Source: Botryllus schlosseri
Lineage: Eukaryota
Direction: 5' to 3'
Length of the DNA: 64,000 nucleotides
Assembly (NCBI GenBank): GCA_051294905.1
Contig: CM119371.1
Location: forward strand, 14,572,001 to 14,636,000
Shown here piece by piece: positions 62,896-64,000 of this stretch. The translations under genes and the position numbers were made by a program. How positions within the stretch are numbered: position 1 is the first letter of the stretch; every line of letters begins with the position of its first letter. Under the pieces are notes generated by a model. That model was not told the origin of the DNA, made no database searches, and saw nothing but the letters and a program-made list of their open reading frames with translations.

Positions 62896-64000
62896 ACGTA
62901 GGGTAACATATGTGTACCGCCATGTGATAGCCCTTCATACAATCGATCAATTAATGCACAAGTTTTGAGGGGAATCATACGCTGACTAATATTGGTAATA
63001 TTTCAATTTATGCTATACTATGAGCCGTTACTTTGATGTCAGTAAAATTGTGTAGAAATTTATTCTTCACAGAGAAGACCTGTAAAGGTCTATGACCAGC
63101 AGAACTCGAGATATATCAATGTCTGACGGGTATTCATCCATGCGTTTCACGCTAGTCTACAAGAACTCTCTTTTCTCGATTTCAGAAGCGGCCTTGGGCG
63201 GCTTCAGACACAACTAATATCCCCTATTTTAGCAATGGTATACAGAAATCGAATATGACTATTCATAGAAACGAACAACGACCGTCTATTATACTTTGTG
63301 GCATATGCAGAGGTCAATCAGACCCGCGAGAAGGCTACCTTGGAGCCGCATGTCCCTCTTCAGAATGGATATTGAAGATGGAAGATCTAGTCGCAGGGCA
63401 ACCTTGGCCAAATTATAGCAGTGGTTCTTATTCTTTCTATGTCACACGCATGGTCTCTTCAGCTCGAATATGAACGGAAGTTAGATAACATGGAAACATG
63501 GAAGCGTAGAAATTTCGATGATACAATGACCCCTTTCGTAGCCCTGATTAAGCCAGTGGCCTCACTGCCCGCATTCTTATTAGCTGGGAATATATATTCA
63601 AATACCGCAGTGTTACTGGGTTAGAATGAAATCACAATATCCGGGAATTGGGTAAAGCGAGTAAGACGAGAAATCATCATTATCAGAAAAGTATCATGGT
63701 ATGCCTCATGATAAGGGTTGCGCCACTAAGCATTAGTGCTGCTGCTGATTGTGAATTTTAGCTTTTGTGGTGAATAGATTCTAGAAATATTGGTAATCCT
63801 ACTCAACCTCAAACATTTGGTCGTTCAACGTTAACCACCATAATCAATGTCGCGAGTAATTAACGTGGCACAATAAGATCGTTACAAAAGGGATAGAATG
63901 CAATCGAGCTATGTGAGCAGCTTGCCCTACAGGAAGCTGTAAAGCTATGCCACTTCATGCAATGCAGAGTTCCGTTTTAATGACGTAAGTGTGTACTCGC

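Larger units (their letters stand above)
61578..62908. mobile_element. TAGGGTTACC-family MITE interrupted by two nested elements
   Basis: Left TIR TAGGGTTACCATA; degenerate right end GGACGTAGGGTAAC split by an insertion. Confidence 0.7.

Noticed and set aside
63390..63624. Hydrophobic stretch followed by KRR, like a neuropeptide precursor
   Set aside because: In-frame stop just upstream, no ATG or good acceptor, no amidation or repeat pattern.

Overview
AT-rich, repeat-dense animal genomic DNA. GT-AG introns as short as about 64 nt and the repeat make-up suggest an invertebrate, possibly a tunicate (inference only). It contains: (1) a + strand metabotropic-glutamate-receptor-like class C GPCR gene, which I assembled by hand from 20 phase-consistent exons (17674-41934, 839 codons plus stop) plus two probable signal-peptide exons at 16673-16834. 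Its pocket keeps the alpha-amino-acid-binding residues but has lost both basic residues that bind glutamate's distal carboxylate, and it has candidate alternative C-terminal exons. (2) An intact G-alpha-q-derived ORF with no coding introns (56652-57716) and several Gi/o-like signatures, about 13 kb downstream on the same strand. (3) A tRNA-Arg(TCG). (4) Many mobile elements: hAT remnants, non-autonomous elements with 8-bp TSDs (nested up to three deep, and one only 28 bp long), an inverted Penelope GIY-YIG fragment ending in a minimal hammerhead ribozyme, tRNA-derived SINEs and a CR1/L2-group LINE 3' end. Most ORFs in the supplied track are spurious.
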